Source: Calcarisporiella thermophila CBS 279.70 (Eukaryota; Fungi; Calcarisporiellomycota). Taken from it: 64,000 bases of DNA. Under the pieces are notes generated by a model. That model was not told the DNA's origin. It saw only the letters and a program-made list of their open reading frames with translations, and ran no database searches. Of this stretch, positions 1-14,965 are shown one piece after another. The translations under genes and the position numbers were made by a program. Each line of letters begins with the position of its first letter. Positions within the stretch are counted from its first letter, which is position 1. The DNA lies in assembly GCF_041956535.1 (NCBI RefSeq), contig NW_027192194.1, positions 93,444 to 157,443 of the forward strand, written 5' to 3'.

Positions 1-1721
1 CCAAGGAATGAGGCATACAACTCGTCGATCTCTTTTGCAAATTCCTTCTCGATCACCCTGCGTTTGATGCTACCTTTGTCGGTTGTGCTCAGGCGTTTAC
101 CACGCAGTGGGAGGATGTAGACCATCTCATCCACCACTTGGGAATGCTGTGGGGCAGCACGGTTTGCATGATGGATAGCCAGCTTCACTTGCTCCAGAAC
201 CTGCTTAAGCGGTAACCTTTCAGCCTCTTCAGCGTGCAACTGTATAAGTGCGGCAGTGCAGAATCGCCCCGCACCAACAACACAGGCATTATCAATCAGC
301 GGATGAGAGCGCAGGCTCTCCTCAATAGGAAGTGGGTTCGTCTTTTCACCATTGACATGAACCAAAGTATCATCCAAACGGTATTGGAAATACATCCAAC
401 CATCGCGCTCAATGAAAACGTCGCGAGTCGCATACTCTCCTCCAGGAAGATTAGCAACTTTGTCTGCAGAATGGGGACTACTGGAAAGGACTACAAGTTC
501 ATATTCGCCCTTTTCTCCATTCGGCACCTCGACCCACTTAACGTGTACCGATGGGTGGAGTTTCATTCCAGACCAATGTTTTGAGCCCCTGAAATCGCCG
601 TACATGAGTATTCCCGTTTCCGTGGAGCCATATGCACTCACCAGATTCACGCCATTTGCTGTAATTTTATCACCCAACTCCTTTGGACATGCTGAACCAC
701 CAAACGAGAGATAGTTAAGCCTCCTGAGCGTATCCCAGCCATACCACGAGGGATTGGATTCAATGAGCTTTACCAATTGCTCGAGAATACTTGGAGTGGA
801 GGTGAAAAAATCAGCGCCTGATTTTTCCAAGCTATAGAAAACATCCTCAGGTCTTGGTGGGAATGATTTTGCTAGCAAGAGCGCTATCGTTGTTCTTTGT
901 GAATGCCCGATGCCAATCATAGAATTAATGCCCATGAAATGGAAGTGAGGTCCCATAAGTAAATAAACCCCCTGACTTGGAACTGGTGGATAAAGAGAGG
1001 TTGCTCTTGCAGCTCCATTCAAAAGTATATAGTGGTGACTCACTGTAATAAGTTTCGGGAACGCAGTGCTTCCCGAACTGTGTAAAATGGCAAAATCGTT
1101 ATGATACCTATATCAACGTTGTAAATGGTACCATATTTTAGTATGCTCATTCTTATCACGCCAACTCGACGGCGATTACCTTTGGTCATTTTTAACTACC
1201 TCTGCACCATCCACCTCTTGATCTAATACCTCCTTGGTCAAATCGGGATAATGCATCGCCTGAATGTCGATGCTGACATCCTTCTGCATCGCTGTCTTTG
1301 CTAGTGGTTCCGTGGTAACGTCATGGATCAACGCAAACGCACCTGCCTCTTTAGCAAGATGCCTGATTGCCTCTGGAGAATTGCGAACGCTCAACAACAA
1401 CGGGACTATATTCAGCTTGGCAAGTGCAATTACGATGATAGGGATGTAGTGTGAGCTTGTAAGAAGCAGAGCCACGACCTTACGTGCTGACCTCTCTGGT
1501 GTGTTCAGCTTTGACGACCAGTAGAGAGCCTCGGAGGTGGTGACATTGTCAAACTGCTTGAATGTGTAGTTTGTGTATTCCCCATTGTCACTTCCATACA
1601 TGATATAGGGTCTATTGGGGATGACTTTTGCATTATTCTGCACAACTCGCACTATATTTTCAATTTCTTTCAGTTCAGATGATGCTTCAAGCTGAGTAGA
1701 GAGTACTTCAGCGACAGTCAT
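1..1721 (-). CDS. Adenylation-domain protein (NRPS-like/carboxylic-acid-reductase-like ANL family), 3' end beyond the window
   Basis: ORF 1176-1721 (LAKLNIVPLLLSVRNSPEAIRHL) splices across an intron at ~1110-1177 into the A3 motif ILHSSGSTAFPKLI, then YGSTETG and GRKDDTLVHVNGEKTNP. The frame stays open to base 1. Confidence 0.85.
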
Positions 1722-3080
1722 ATTGAGTGTGTGTCAATTATTTCAAGAAATGTACAAGAGATAAATTACAGAAAAATGATATTGTAGAAAACATTTTCAC
1801 ATCTGAGGAAATGCTTTTATAGTAAATTGTTTGGATATCAGTTGTGTAAGAAGAGCAGAGAATTTGGGTGTACAGCGAAAATTTATATCCGATACGCCCT
1901 GAAAAAAAAAACCCCACTATCGTGAATATTTCTTGAATATTTTCAAAGTATTCTATATGGGTATCTCGAACTGGGCTTTGAAACGTGTATATTGGGTTGA
2001 AATATAAACCAAGCCAATCGTGTATTTCGGTCGGATAGATAAATATTATTCTTATAATTGAAGTATGAACTTTAAGGAATATAATGCAAATTAGCATATG
2101 ATTCGAAATCCACCGTTTGACACCAAATATGATGAAGCTATTTCTTAGCTACTTCTTCTTTGTAATTAGCAAAATTCTTTGACATAAAATAATTGACACA
2201 TAAGTGAACGCTTCATCCTTTAGATTAATTTGCCCAAATTTCAAATTCAAAGTTCGTTAGACAGTGCCAAAGCAATCTATGTAACGTCGGTATAAAACAA
2301 AAGAAAGACTGAGAACAAGTTCAGAAAACATTAGCACCAAACACTTTATAGGGCGTTGAAGATATTGAAAGAAAAAAGTCCAAAGATAACTTATTCATCC
2401 TTCATAAAATATAGTTAAATATCAACTATTGGGGTATACCCTGGGAGGTCAGCTCTTCATAAATTTATTACGGCTAAGTATAGTGTTATTCCATTATGGT
2501 AAAGTAAATGCTGCAATAAAAATATGTTGTTTGTTGAAGGCTTAAAAGAAATGCAATCTTTTCAGAGCTTTAATAAATATGTATTGTATATAGTAAAAAT
2601 CTTGCATACATACCGGTACAATGATATTTACAAAGTGAGGCTAATTTAAACTGTCTGAGTTTGCTTATTTTCTCTTGTCAAGCTTTTCTAATAGTTGAAT
2701 ACAACCCGAGTAGGAGTTCATCGATTGCTGGACAGGCGCATCGAAAATTGCTCATAGAACACCTGAGTCTGGTTTCCAACCGTTTGGATCCCTGAGAGGA
2801 ATCAGTTCATTTTTCTTTGGATCGGATAAGGAGGGAGTGAGATGGAAGTAATATCGCTGCTATTAAATTATGTGATTGAAGCTACTTTTTCAATGAAATG
2901 TATTTTTTTATTTCATTATAATATAATACAATATCATAATATCATATTTATTACTAAATTCAATCTAAAATTCTCAACTGCTTAATTTAAAACCTGAAGT
3001 AACCTAACTGTAGCGCAGCAATTTATTCTGTTGACTTGGTCAATCTTGGATATTTTTATTGATCAAACATATTAAAGATC

Positions 3081-3720
3081 ATGAGCGTGAGCGACGATTT
3101 CTATGTTCGGTATTAGTGAGTATCGTTGTTGAAGCTGTATTCTTGTTTGATTTAAGTATTATGTGAATCAATCAATCTAACTAAACAATTAAGCACCGGC
3201 CATATGGGTAGACATGGTCACGAATTCCTAGAGTTCGAGTTTCGAGGAGATGGAAAATGTCGTTATGCAAATAATACAAACTATCGTAATGAAGGGCTTA
3301 TTCGTAAAGAAGGTATTTTTTTCATAAATATTTTTGCATTGTTCGCTTCGATTATTGAGGATTCTCTCTCAGTCCACGTTAGTCCACTACTCCTCCGCGA
3401 ACTGAAACGAATCATAGTTGATTCCGAAATAATGAAGGAAGATGACGAAAAGTGGCCGCGCAAAAATGTCGTCGGTCGTCAGGAACTCGAGATTAAAATC
3501 GGGAACGAGCACATCTCTTTTGAAACATGCAAGATTGGCTCTTTAGTCGAGGTCCAAGAATCAGCAGATCCTGAGGGGCTCAGAGTGTTTTATTACTTGG
3601 TACAAGATCTAAAATGTCTTGTATTTTCTCTAATTGGATTACATTTTAAGGTAACTTAGACTCGCGTAATGAACAGAATGAACATGGTCACTAATGACTT
3701 TATAGATCAAGCCAATTTAA
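3081..3720 (+). CDS. MAGO: Mago nashi, exon junction complex core protein (3 introns)
   Basis: [12 protein letters not shown]...GHEFLEFEF...RYANNTNY...FETCKIGSL...[32 protein letters not shown]. Confidence 0.97.
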
Positions 3721-3883
3721 ATATAGCTTTTCATGTGGGGTTGATAGATACAATTTTTCAAGGAAGAGTTTGCGTCTGTGTGTATAGCTTGCTATTGATT
3801 CTATCCTCGTTTCTTATGAATTTGTCAAGTCGAGAATAAAACTAATTAAACCGCCTATAAAATGCATATATTCTTGTGGGAAC

Positions 3884-4744
3884 TCAACTGGTTGATATGC
3901 TTCGAATTGTCCTTGTTGGGACAATACGATTTTCTAGTATATAGTTTGCGTTCAAGAGATCATTGGTATCAAAGCGGTGCGCTGCCTCTTGATTGTTTTT
4001 TGCTAGCATGAATATTCACGATATTAGCTGATATCTCCCTCATAGTATTGAAAGGGATATACCTAAGCCACTTGCAATATGTCTCTGGATGACCCTCTCT
4101 CTAGCAACCATGACATCTATATCTACAAACCAATTCTCATTCATGTATGTGTTAATTAAGGACCAAGGTTCAGGCTTGGAGAGATGGAGATAGAGGCCCT
4201 CAAGCAACACAATCTTGTGCCTATTCGTAATTTCTATTAAGTTCACTCCTCGTTCATACGTGTCAAAATAAGTAAGTAGATAATGAACTTGCCTAGGTTC
4301 AATACATATGTCATAGCCAATTGGATCGCCCACAGCATGATCAAAGGAAGGGGCATAAATCACATTTTCCTGTTGTTCACGAAGACATCTCACTAATTGC
4401 AATAAGCCATGGGGATTGAATGTCCAGAATGCACCTCGACGAGCATGCGCTTCCGACGGGTTCTATACTTTATGTCAGATGACTTTAGTGGATAGCCGTT
4501 TATTTGTCGCAGTGGTAGTATATACATCAAAGTCGTCCAGCTCCTTTCGAGTTAGGTGATAGCCGTCCATTGACACAGCAATAGCACCAACCCCCCTATT
4601 ATTTAATCGCCTTTCAAGTTCAGAAGATATAGTCGTCTTGCCACTACCAGCAATACCAGCAATAGCGACAAGTATACGGCGGTTTGGATCGGAAGCATGT
4701 TTTGAGAGGAGATGGTCGCAAAGCTCCGTGTATATTTGCTCCAT
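3884..4744 (-). CDS. P-loop kinase, YFH7/uridine-pantothenate kinase-like
   Basis: Walker A GIAGSGKTT, MDGYH, RRGAFWTFNP, APSFDHAVGDP, LLEGLYL. The last exon ends RFDTNDLLNA...STS* at 3884. Confidence 0.88.
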
Positions 4745-4926
4745 TAATTCAACGCGTAAATTGGATTAGCAGTCCTCAAATAGAGGAATAGTGTGATTCC
4801 TATTTACTTTGCCACTTATATCACATGCCAGAAATATTTAATTCCGAACAGTAGTTCGCTTCGCTTTCACTCTTCTTTTGTCTAAGAAGTGACTAATAGA
4901 GACAATTCCACTTCCAGAATTATAAA

Positions 4927-6346
4927 ATGAGCGCATTGAAACAAGGCATTTACATCGTGGCAGCAAAGCGCACTCCTTTTGGGGCATTTGGCGGAAAACT
5001 TAAGGATAAGACGGCAGCGGGTACGTTTCTTTTCCCAAGCGTGTTTTTTGGTTTCATCTGGTCCAATTGATCTAATCTGCTCATCTTATAATTTATTTAT
5101 TATCCAGAACTTGGAGGCATTGCAGCAAAGGCTGCTCTCGCTACTCTTCCTGCTGAACTCCCAATTGATTCAGTCATTATCGGTAATGTTATGCAAACCG
5201 ATCGCTCTGGAGCATATCTGGCACGCCATATTGGACACCGCGCAAATCTCCCGGTCAATGTCCCAGCATTAACTGTCAACCGACTTTGCGGCTCTGGATT
5301 CCAATCTGTTATTAATGCTGCCCATGAGATTATCGCTGGTGAATCTAAAATTGTCCTTACCGGTGGAGCAGAGAGCATGAGCCTTTCTCCTTATACGATC
5401 CACGGATCTACACGCTGGGGTACAAAGTATGGAGTGGACTTGAAAGCAGAAGATTCTCTGGCTGCTGCACTTGTTGATCAGTACCCCACACCAACTCCAA
5501 TGGGTATAACGGCTGAGAATCTGGGTGAACGGAACACAATTTCAAGGCAGGAATGTGATGAGTATGCTCTTCAGAGCCAGAAGCGATGGGCTGCCGGTAA
5601 TGATTTACCTGCTATTTAATATTTGGTGATTGTGTTAGTAATATTTGAGTTTATAACGACGAATAGCTCATGAAGCTGGTCGCTTCAAGGAAGAGATTGT
5701 GCCGATTGAATTGAAAGTAAGGAAGGGTACTGAGATCATGGAAGCCGATGAGCATCCTCGCCCGCAGACCACAATAGAGAATTTGGCGAAGCTTCCACCG
5801 GTATTCAAGAAGGATGGAGTTGTCACCGCAGGAAATGCTTCTGGAATTTGTGATGGAGCAGCAGCAGTTGTTGTTGCCTCTGAAGAGGCGGTTAAGCAAC
5901 ATGGGCTGAAGCCTCTTGCGCGCGTGGTCGGATGGCATGTTGCGGCAGTGGAGCCCACCATTATGGGAATCGGACCCGTTCCAGCCATTCGCGAGGCGTT
6001 GAAACGCGCCGGCTTGAGTCTGAAGGACATGGGTCTGGTGGAGGTGAACGAGGCCTTTGCCGCCCAGTATCTTGCCGTTGAAAAAGAACTGGGTCTTGAT
6101 CGGGCCATAACAAACACTAACGGGTAAGGCTGTCTTTTTAGGTGATTTTCAGCGGGAAGACTAACTTGTTTGATTGGTGATGTTGACAGTGGAGCTATCG
6201 CGCTCGGCCATCCGCTGGGGGCAAGTGGCTCGCGTATTCTCACTCACTTAACATACGAGATGAGACGCTTAAATAAGGAGTTTGTAGTTGGCTCGGCCTG
6301 CATTGGAGGCGGGCAGGGCATTGCAGTGATTTTGCAGCAGGTTTAA
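4927..6346 (+). CDS. Acetyl-CoA acyltransferase / 3-ketoacyl-CoA thiolase (ACAA2-like)
   Basis: KRTPFGAFGG, catalytic NRLCGSG, VEVNEAFA, GAIALGHPLGASG, SACIGGGQG. Three introns. Confidence 0.95.
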
Positions 6347-6644
6347 AAATCCTCTCCCCTCCCCTCCATCCCATAAAAGAAATAAAGCAATTTCAGCGGA
6401 ATCCGTGCCTGAAATTATTCAAATAAATTTGTGCGCGACGAAATTCGAATCGAATGTGTATCTCTAGTTTGGAATGAAATGGACTGGGGATTCCAAGTAT
6501 TCGGTCTCAGCATTGTTTTTTAAGTTAATATTAAATTGGAATCTGACATAGGATATCATTCTCTTTATTGCCTTGTTCTTTCATCATCTCTCATAAAAAA
6601 CGAAACCCACATTCCCTACTAGTTAATACTTGGCACAAAGTTGG

Positions 6645-9600
6645 ATGAAACTCACAATATCTTCGCTCTTTCTCTTAATATTGGTCACCGTCGCGTTGGC
6701 TGATTTTCTACCGCGACAAGTCCCTTCCCCACAGCAACCGCAACAAGTTCCTGCTCCACAACAACCGCAGCAACCACCACAGTGTCCTGTGTGCCCATCA
6801 TGTTTTAACTGTCTCCTGGGAGATAATCCATGCAATAATGGAGGGCTTTGTGATTCAAAGGGTCTTTGCCAATGTCCGCCAGGGTTCTCAGGGCGAGATT
6901 GCTCAGATGTTGGTAGGAATTTTTCCTTTTATGATGCGCAAGGATACAGGACCTAGCGCAGTTGAATAATAATAATAATAATAATCGATGTTTTTTTCCC
7001 GTCGTAGTGTGTGGCTCACTAGCAAATCAAAACAGGACTCCTAAACCAGCCAATGCAACGTGCACCTGTGATGATGGGTATGTGAGAGTCTTAATTTTCT
7101 CTCCCGTCATTATAAATTGTAATTAACGTAATTTGTTGTTAGTTGGACAGGCGGAGTATGTAACGTGTGTCAGACAAATAATGCATGTATACCGCTCAAA
7201 GGGTATGAGAGCTTTTTTTTTCAATATCTAGAAGTTCCGATATGTTTAGTTTGAATGTCCCTCTTTTTTATTTAGTCAAAATGCCACGTGCGTAAAGAAT
7301 TCGCGCCTTGTTAAAGAGTTTTCCACCTGGTGTACTGTGTCAAATATACCCCTTGTCTCGAATGCGCAAACTTCTCTGCACTGTTCTCGTTCAACTTCTC
7401 GCTGCGACTTTCAGCGTAAGCTTTATCTCTGTGAGGATCGTCTAATCTTGCGAGTATTCATTCATATATTCTGATATAGTCTGGATAAACAATGAAATCA
7501 ACATGTATTGTCGGATGGCAAACTGCACACATAACTGTAAATATTCTATATCTTCCTGTTGCTCTACGATTTTTAAACCCTAGTATTCACCCTATATTAT
7601 CGATAGTGCCAAGTGCAGCAGAAACTTTTGGAAAATGTGAAAATGTAGAATGCGGATGCATGAAGAGCACCACCCTATGTGGCATGTTGAGCTCAACCAT
7701 CAGTAATATAAAAGGCCCTGCGGAGTATCGATGCGATCCAAGTGGCACTGACTGCAACTTCCTCGAGTATTCGACTCTGAAGAGTCTGTTCTCCAAAGGC
7801 TTGAACATGAAGTGCAATTCAGGCGAATGTGTAAACCCACAGGACCTACTAGACGTTGCTTCGACAGAGCCCAAAAGTTTCCCGGTGGGGTCAGCGGTGG
7901 GAATTGCAATTGGTGTAAGTGATAATCCACCTTTCAGGGAAATAGAGAGGAAAATTAAGTACCCCAATTTACGTCTTTACCATAGGCTGCAGCGGCTCTA
8001 GTTTTATTAATCCTTCTTGTCCGATATTTCCTTAACCGCCACCGCCACTATCTCAGCGATGATTCTTACGCAGCCGATGAGATCAACGAACTTGGTGCAT
8101 CTCTATTTACTGATCAGAAGGGAAGCACGCTGGCTTTTGAGAGGGTTGAATACACAGTTGGAGGAAAACGCATTTTGTCTGATATATCGGGTATTGTAAG
8201 GCCTGGAGAACTGTGCGCCATCATGGGTCCTTCTGGTGCTGGAAAGAGTTCCTTATTGGACATTCTGGCGTTTAGGCGTAAAAGAGGCGAAGTGTCTGGC
8301 CATGTTTGTAAGTGATTTTTTTTATTGCTTCAGTGCACTTTTGTAGCGTATATTTCAACTCCTTCAATCTTCTATCCAGGGATTAATGGGACCGTACCCT
8401 CTCGAAAACAACTAAGGAGGACTATTGGGTATGCAAGCCTGAGGGGAGAGAAGACTCGACTCAACGCTAACCTTCGCCCTTTTAAAATCTTAGATATGTT
8501 GATCAAGAATCGGCACTCATGGGTACCCTTACCGTGCGTGAAACCCTTATGTTCACAGCAATGCTACGGCTTCCGCGGGAAATGCCGCTTGCTGCGAAGA
8601 AACACAGAGTGAAGCTGGTGATGGATGAGCTCGGGCTCACCGAAATTGCTGATTGCCAGATAGGTGTGCCCGGACGCCGCGGTATCTCGGGTGGTGAGAA
8701 GCGGCGTGTTTCCATTGCCCAGGAATTGGTCACTAGCCCAAGCTTGCTGTTTTTGGATGAGCCTACTAGCGGGCTGGATGCCTACAACGCGTACACTGTC
8801 ATGAATTCGCTGAAGAAGCTCGCTAAACAGCACGGTCGAACCGTGGTGGTTGCGATTCACCAGCCTCGATCCTCCATTTTCAACATGTTCGACTCGCTTT
8901 TGCTGCTCTCAGGCGGCTGCACGGTAAGCTTGGATAGATTCGATATGATCCCGGTATACCATACAGTATTATGGCTGACATATTATGGCTTGGCCTCTTT
9001 AGGTTTTCTGTGGGCCTGCGCCAAAAGTCGCCGAGTATTTCCGTTCCATTGGCTACACTGCGCCGCCCGACTACAACATCGCCGATTACTTTAGTAATAA
9101 TCCTTATTTGATTGCGTGTCGATAGCTCCACTGACCCTTTTTCCTGATACCAGTTGATCTCACTATGGAGAACACGGTCGCGCGGAAACCAGCCTCTCCA
9201 CTGGAGCGGTTCTCCCTCACTCATCCCTTCCGCCGCCGCCAAAAATATCCGGAATCCACCGAGGCCAGTCACCACGAGATGCACCGCATCGTCCCCGTGT
9301 CGAGTGAGGAGAGCAATCGCGCTGAAGTCACCGAATTCTTGAACAACCAATCAGACGCGCTCATTAACCATTACGCGCGATCAGAGTATGCGGCGGCCGT
9401 CAACGAAGAACTGGCGAGGGCCAAGGGCGAGAAGTAAGGAGCTTTGCGCTCTCCGCCAACCCGTGTAACAAACCGCCCTGATTAACCTTAATTCTAAATT
9501 TAGTATCGAGAATGAAAAGGCATTGTCGCCCTCAACGAGCCACCCCTCTGCTGGCCAATCGCCTGACATCTCCCAGAAGCCACTCCTAAAGGATTATAAA

Positions 9601-10511
9601 GACGAGCCGGCTAGCATGGGCCGTTTCTTCCAGGAGCTCGGCGTCCTCTCCATCCGCTCGTTCACGAATCTTTACCGCAATCCTTTTCTCTTCTTCGCAC
9701 ACTTTACCGTTGCGCTCCTCCTCGGGCTGCTGATCGGGCTTCTCTTCTGGAAAGTATCGGACGACCTCTCGGGTTTCCAAAACCGACTGGGCTCGATTTT
9801 CTTCATGTGCGCCCTGCTTGCGTTCGGGTCTTTGTCGTCGCTGGATCTCTTTTCTCAGGAGCGCTCCCTGTTTGTGCGAGAGCGGGAGGCAGGATACTAC
9901 GGTTCAATGCCCTATTTCCTCGCCAAGATCTTGTTCGATCTGATTCCTCTTCGAGTGATTCCCGCCCTGATTCTAGGGGCCATATCGTATTATATGATTG
10001 GTTTACAGCCCGCGCCCGACGCTTTTGGCCGGTTTTTGGGCGCGCTACTACTCTTCAATTTGGTGGCGGCGGCCGTGTGCCTTGTGATTGCGGCCCTATG
10101 TAGAAACGTTGCCATTGGAAACTTGATCGGCTCGCTGATAATGCTGTTTGCAATGCTCTTCGGCGGCTTCTTATTAAACAAGGGTAAACTCAAAATCTGT
10201 TTTACCGATTGCAGAACTCGACTCACTCTGAAATCTTTTCAGATGTGACTCCTAAATGGCTCGGGTGGCTGCAATACTTGTCCTTTTTCAATTACGGTTT
10301 TGAGGCCATGATTGTCAATGAAATGTCCGGCCTAATGTTACGCGACAAAGGCTTTGGAGGTTTCCAGATCCCTAGTGATGCGATCCTGACCCGGTTTGGC
10401 TTCAATCCGGATGCATACATGCGGGATATATTGGTTCTGGTAGGATTGCTGGTAGGGCTTTTGATCATTGCCTACGTGTGTCTGAGGGTGTTTGTGAGGG
10501 AGCGAAGATGA
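6645..10511 (+). CDS. ADP1: ADP1-type ABCG half transporter with N-terminal EGF-like Cys-rich ectodomain
   Basis: Signal peptide, CFNCLL...[15 protein letters not shown] region, one TM helix, Walker A GPSGAGKS, signature [23 protein letters not shown], then an ABC2 membrane domain ending VRERR*. Confidence 0.93.
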
Positions 10512-11039
10512 TACAAGATCATGCATTAGTTTTTCTTAATTTGCCAATAATGTTGCATTTTTCAACTTGGAGTGGGAGCCATGAATGAGTTTTAATATGC
10601 GTTTTTTGTTTTGAAGGCTTCTTGTTGGGATGGTTTTTGTCTTTTTCCTTACGTTACAAACTAATAATTGTAGTTGCATTTAAATATAAAATAATCCATC
10701 TAATAAAAATGCTCGGAAAAAAAGGGACAGAACACTGAGAGTAAAAGCAAGATTAGATGAGAATAGCGGAGAAATAGAGATAGCGCGAACAAGTATTGAA
10801 AAAATTAAGGTTTTAATAAAGAGTGCGCCACATTAGTTTGTATATCGATTGAATTTTTCCGTTTGGACAAAAAAAGAAAGTAAAATTAAAGTGGTCGGCG
10901 AAAAATTTAGAGGATATTGGGAATAGAGAAAAGTGCCGCAAAGAAAGTTCGTTCTAGAAAAAGAGATAAAATATAAACGAAAGATGAGACCCCATTTTGA
11001 AATGTTAGTTTCTCACCTACCTACTAAAGTATTGATTAT

Positions 11040-12478
11040 TTATTTTTGGCCGCCTTGAAAGAGTTTAGTAGTAGTAGCAAGTACAACCAAGATGACCGCT
11101 ATGATGATGACAACGATGATTCCAAAGCACCACCATCGTTTCTATTCATCATATGATAAAATAAATTATTAAATGCTTATGTGCAGACATATTAATTCGA
11201 CCTACCGCGCGCGCTTTTCGTGCGCTCTCTACGGCTTGTGTGACCTGCCTACCACCCTCTTCCATATGTGTTGCAGTCGTCATCGCATGTTGCTCGATGT
11301 TATTGACCATATCTTCTTGCTGCTCGACGAGCACTGACATCTCAGTAAAAAGCTGGTGGAGTTCCTATTGGGATAGAAAAAAATTAGCAAAACGAGACAC
11401 TGTATTGGTTAAAAGTTGCTTACCAAAATGGTCTTTTCAATTTTCTTGATGTCATCATGACGAGACTGAACCTCTTCCAAGGCTGCTCGTGCTTGTCCGC
11501 TCCGGTTAGCCTGCAGCACTGACTGTGCAAAAATCTGTCCACCTTGATCGGAATCGAGAACCGCCTCAACCTCTTGTGGAGTCGCATTCGGATTTACAAT
11601 GCGATACTGTCGTTCAATACGCTGCTTGTATTTATTCTGGTTCTGTCGTTCGATTTCTTGGAATCGTTGAATGGTTTCCATGAAACGCTTTTTGAGTGCC
11701 GCGTGCTAGTATAAAATGACACACCAAGAGCTAAGAATAAATACATCCAAAGACAGATTTTCAAAGCACAACTATTTTACCTGGGTTTTACGGATTTGTA
11801 CGTCGCCTGAATTCTTCAGTTTGGCGTTCTCTAATTCGATTTTCTTTATCCTCTCTTTGATGTGGTTGTTTCTACGTTTTGTGTCAGCCAAAACAGAATC
11901 AAGCTGTTGCGTCACCCATTCATTTTGTTGGCGGTTGACTGCATCTAGCGAATTATTGTGTAATTCATTGATGTGGTTGATGTTATCATTAACAGTTTGA
12001 ATTGCTGATCTGATATCCTCTACTTCATCAAAGAAGGACTGCATATCTCCGGCGCCACCGCGGCCGCCACCTCCGCCACCACTTGGAGGGCCCATTTCAT
12101 ATTCTTCCGGTCGGTAAGAGCCATATTGCTGCTGCCTTCCATAATCTTGTTGACCATAAGACTGTTGACTATATTGATTGTTCTGCGGATAACTGTTATA
12201 ACCCTGATAATCCTGCTGGTATTGGCCGTACTGCTGCCGAGGTGGAGGAGGGCTAGATATGTTGCCGTTATTTAGGAAATGATAAGTTTTTTTTTAATTG
12301 TAATAAGATGATGGTAACTTACTATCCGTCGTAGGATCCTCCATTATCACCAGGATTACCTCCACCCTTTTGAAGAGTTCCAAGATTAATATACAATGAA
12401 AAAAAGGCATAAGCACAACCAAGAGTATACCCTAAGCTCTGCGAGTCTGTCCCTGCTTATGGTCTGCCTGTTCGCCAT
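11040..12478 (-). CDS. SSO1: Plasma-membrane syntaxin (Sso1/Sso2-like Qa-SNARE)
   Basis: N-peptide SRDRLAEL, Habc region (RQYRIVNPNAT), SNARE motif EVQSRHDDIKKIEKTI...LVEQQ, C-terminal TM helix. Confidence 0.93.
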
Positions 12479-12854
12479 ATATTGAAATTGAATTTATGAC
12501 TAAAAAAAACGGAATCTTGTAAAAGAAAAAATAGCAAAAAGTTGGCACGGACAAGAATTTTCTTTGGCTTCGTCTAATTCTTGGGACGCGGTTACTATAA
12601 CCTCCAATCATGTTTGCTTGATGTTGTGACGTAAGAGAAATCGCTTTTGCCCCTAGAGGTTTTTTGTTGATTTTTCTCTTCTCCTTCTTTTCGTCCCGTT
12701 CTGTCTTTTGAAGGAGCGCTTTGATTTTCTATTTTTTTCTATCTTTTTGACGTTGATCATTGACTGATTAACATCTGATCCTACTAATCTTTCCGATTTT
12801 AAACAATTTCTAGTTCGTCTATTTTATTCTCTCTCCCTAAAAATAATAAATCAA

Positions 12855-14488
<1,634 letters not shown>

Positions 14489-14707
14489 GACAAAAACTAC
14501 ACTTTGATAAATATAAATTTCTTTACTTTTATGGGATTTTTATTTTTTTTTCAACTTAATTTTATGTTCTCCGCATTTTTTCTAAAAAAAAAGTATGTTT
14601 TTATCTTTAGTGAGTGTGGTAGTAGGGATTGATTATGAATATAAAATAACAAAACACATTTAGAGATTGAAGGCATCTTATTTGAGCAGAAAAAAAAAGA
14701 GAAAAAC

Positions 14708-14780
14708 CGAGCGTACCAGGGGTCGAACCTGGAATCTCCTGATTCGTAGTCAGGCGCCTTATCCATTTGGCCATACACCC
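14708..14780 (-). tRNA. tRNA-Arg (anticodon ACG)
   Basis: Reverse complement GGGTGTATGGCCAAATGGATAAGGCGCCTGACTACGAATCAGGAGATTCCAGGTTCGACCCCTGGTACGCTCG. Acceptor, D, anticodon (CCTGA/TCAGG around CT-ACG-AA) and T arms all pair, and a T5 Pol III terminator follows. Confidence 0.96.
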
Positions 14781-14965
14781 TTAACTTACTTGAGCTTGAA
14801 AGTAAAGTTAGAATTTGGTAAAAATATTGAAATAAAATAAGGCAGTCACAAATCTTTATAATTTCTGCTCTTTTATATATTTCATTTTCTACATCGTCCC
14901 TTGATTATTTATTCCTGTTTTTCTCGAATAGATGTGCAATTTTCTAGTCTTTATTTATTGCATTA

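Noticed and set aside
2098-2760. Possible micro-exon gene (fragments INLPKFQIQSS, LNINYWGIPWE)
   Set aside because: A spliced frame can be forced, but it needs a 36-nt intron and has no clear start or recognisable family.
5668-6243. Long antisense or overlapping ORFs (also over RPL6, the MDR gene, Uds1 and the acidic protein)
   Set aside because: They are shadows of GC-rich, codon-biased or low-complexity sense CDSs and carry no independent motifs.
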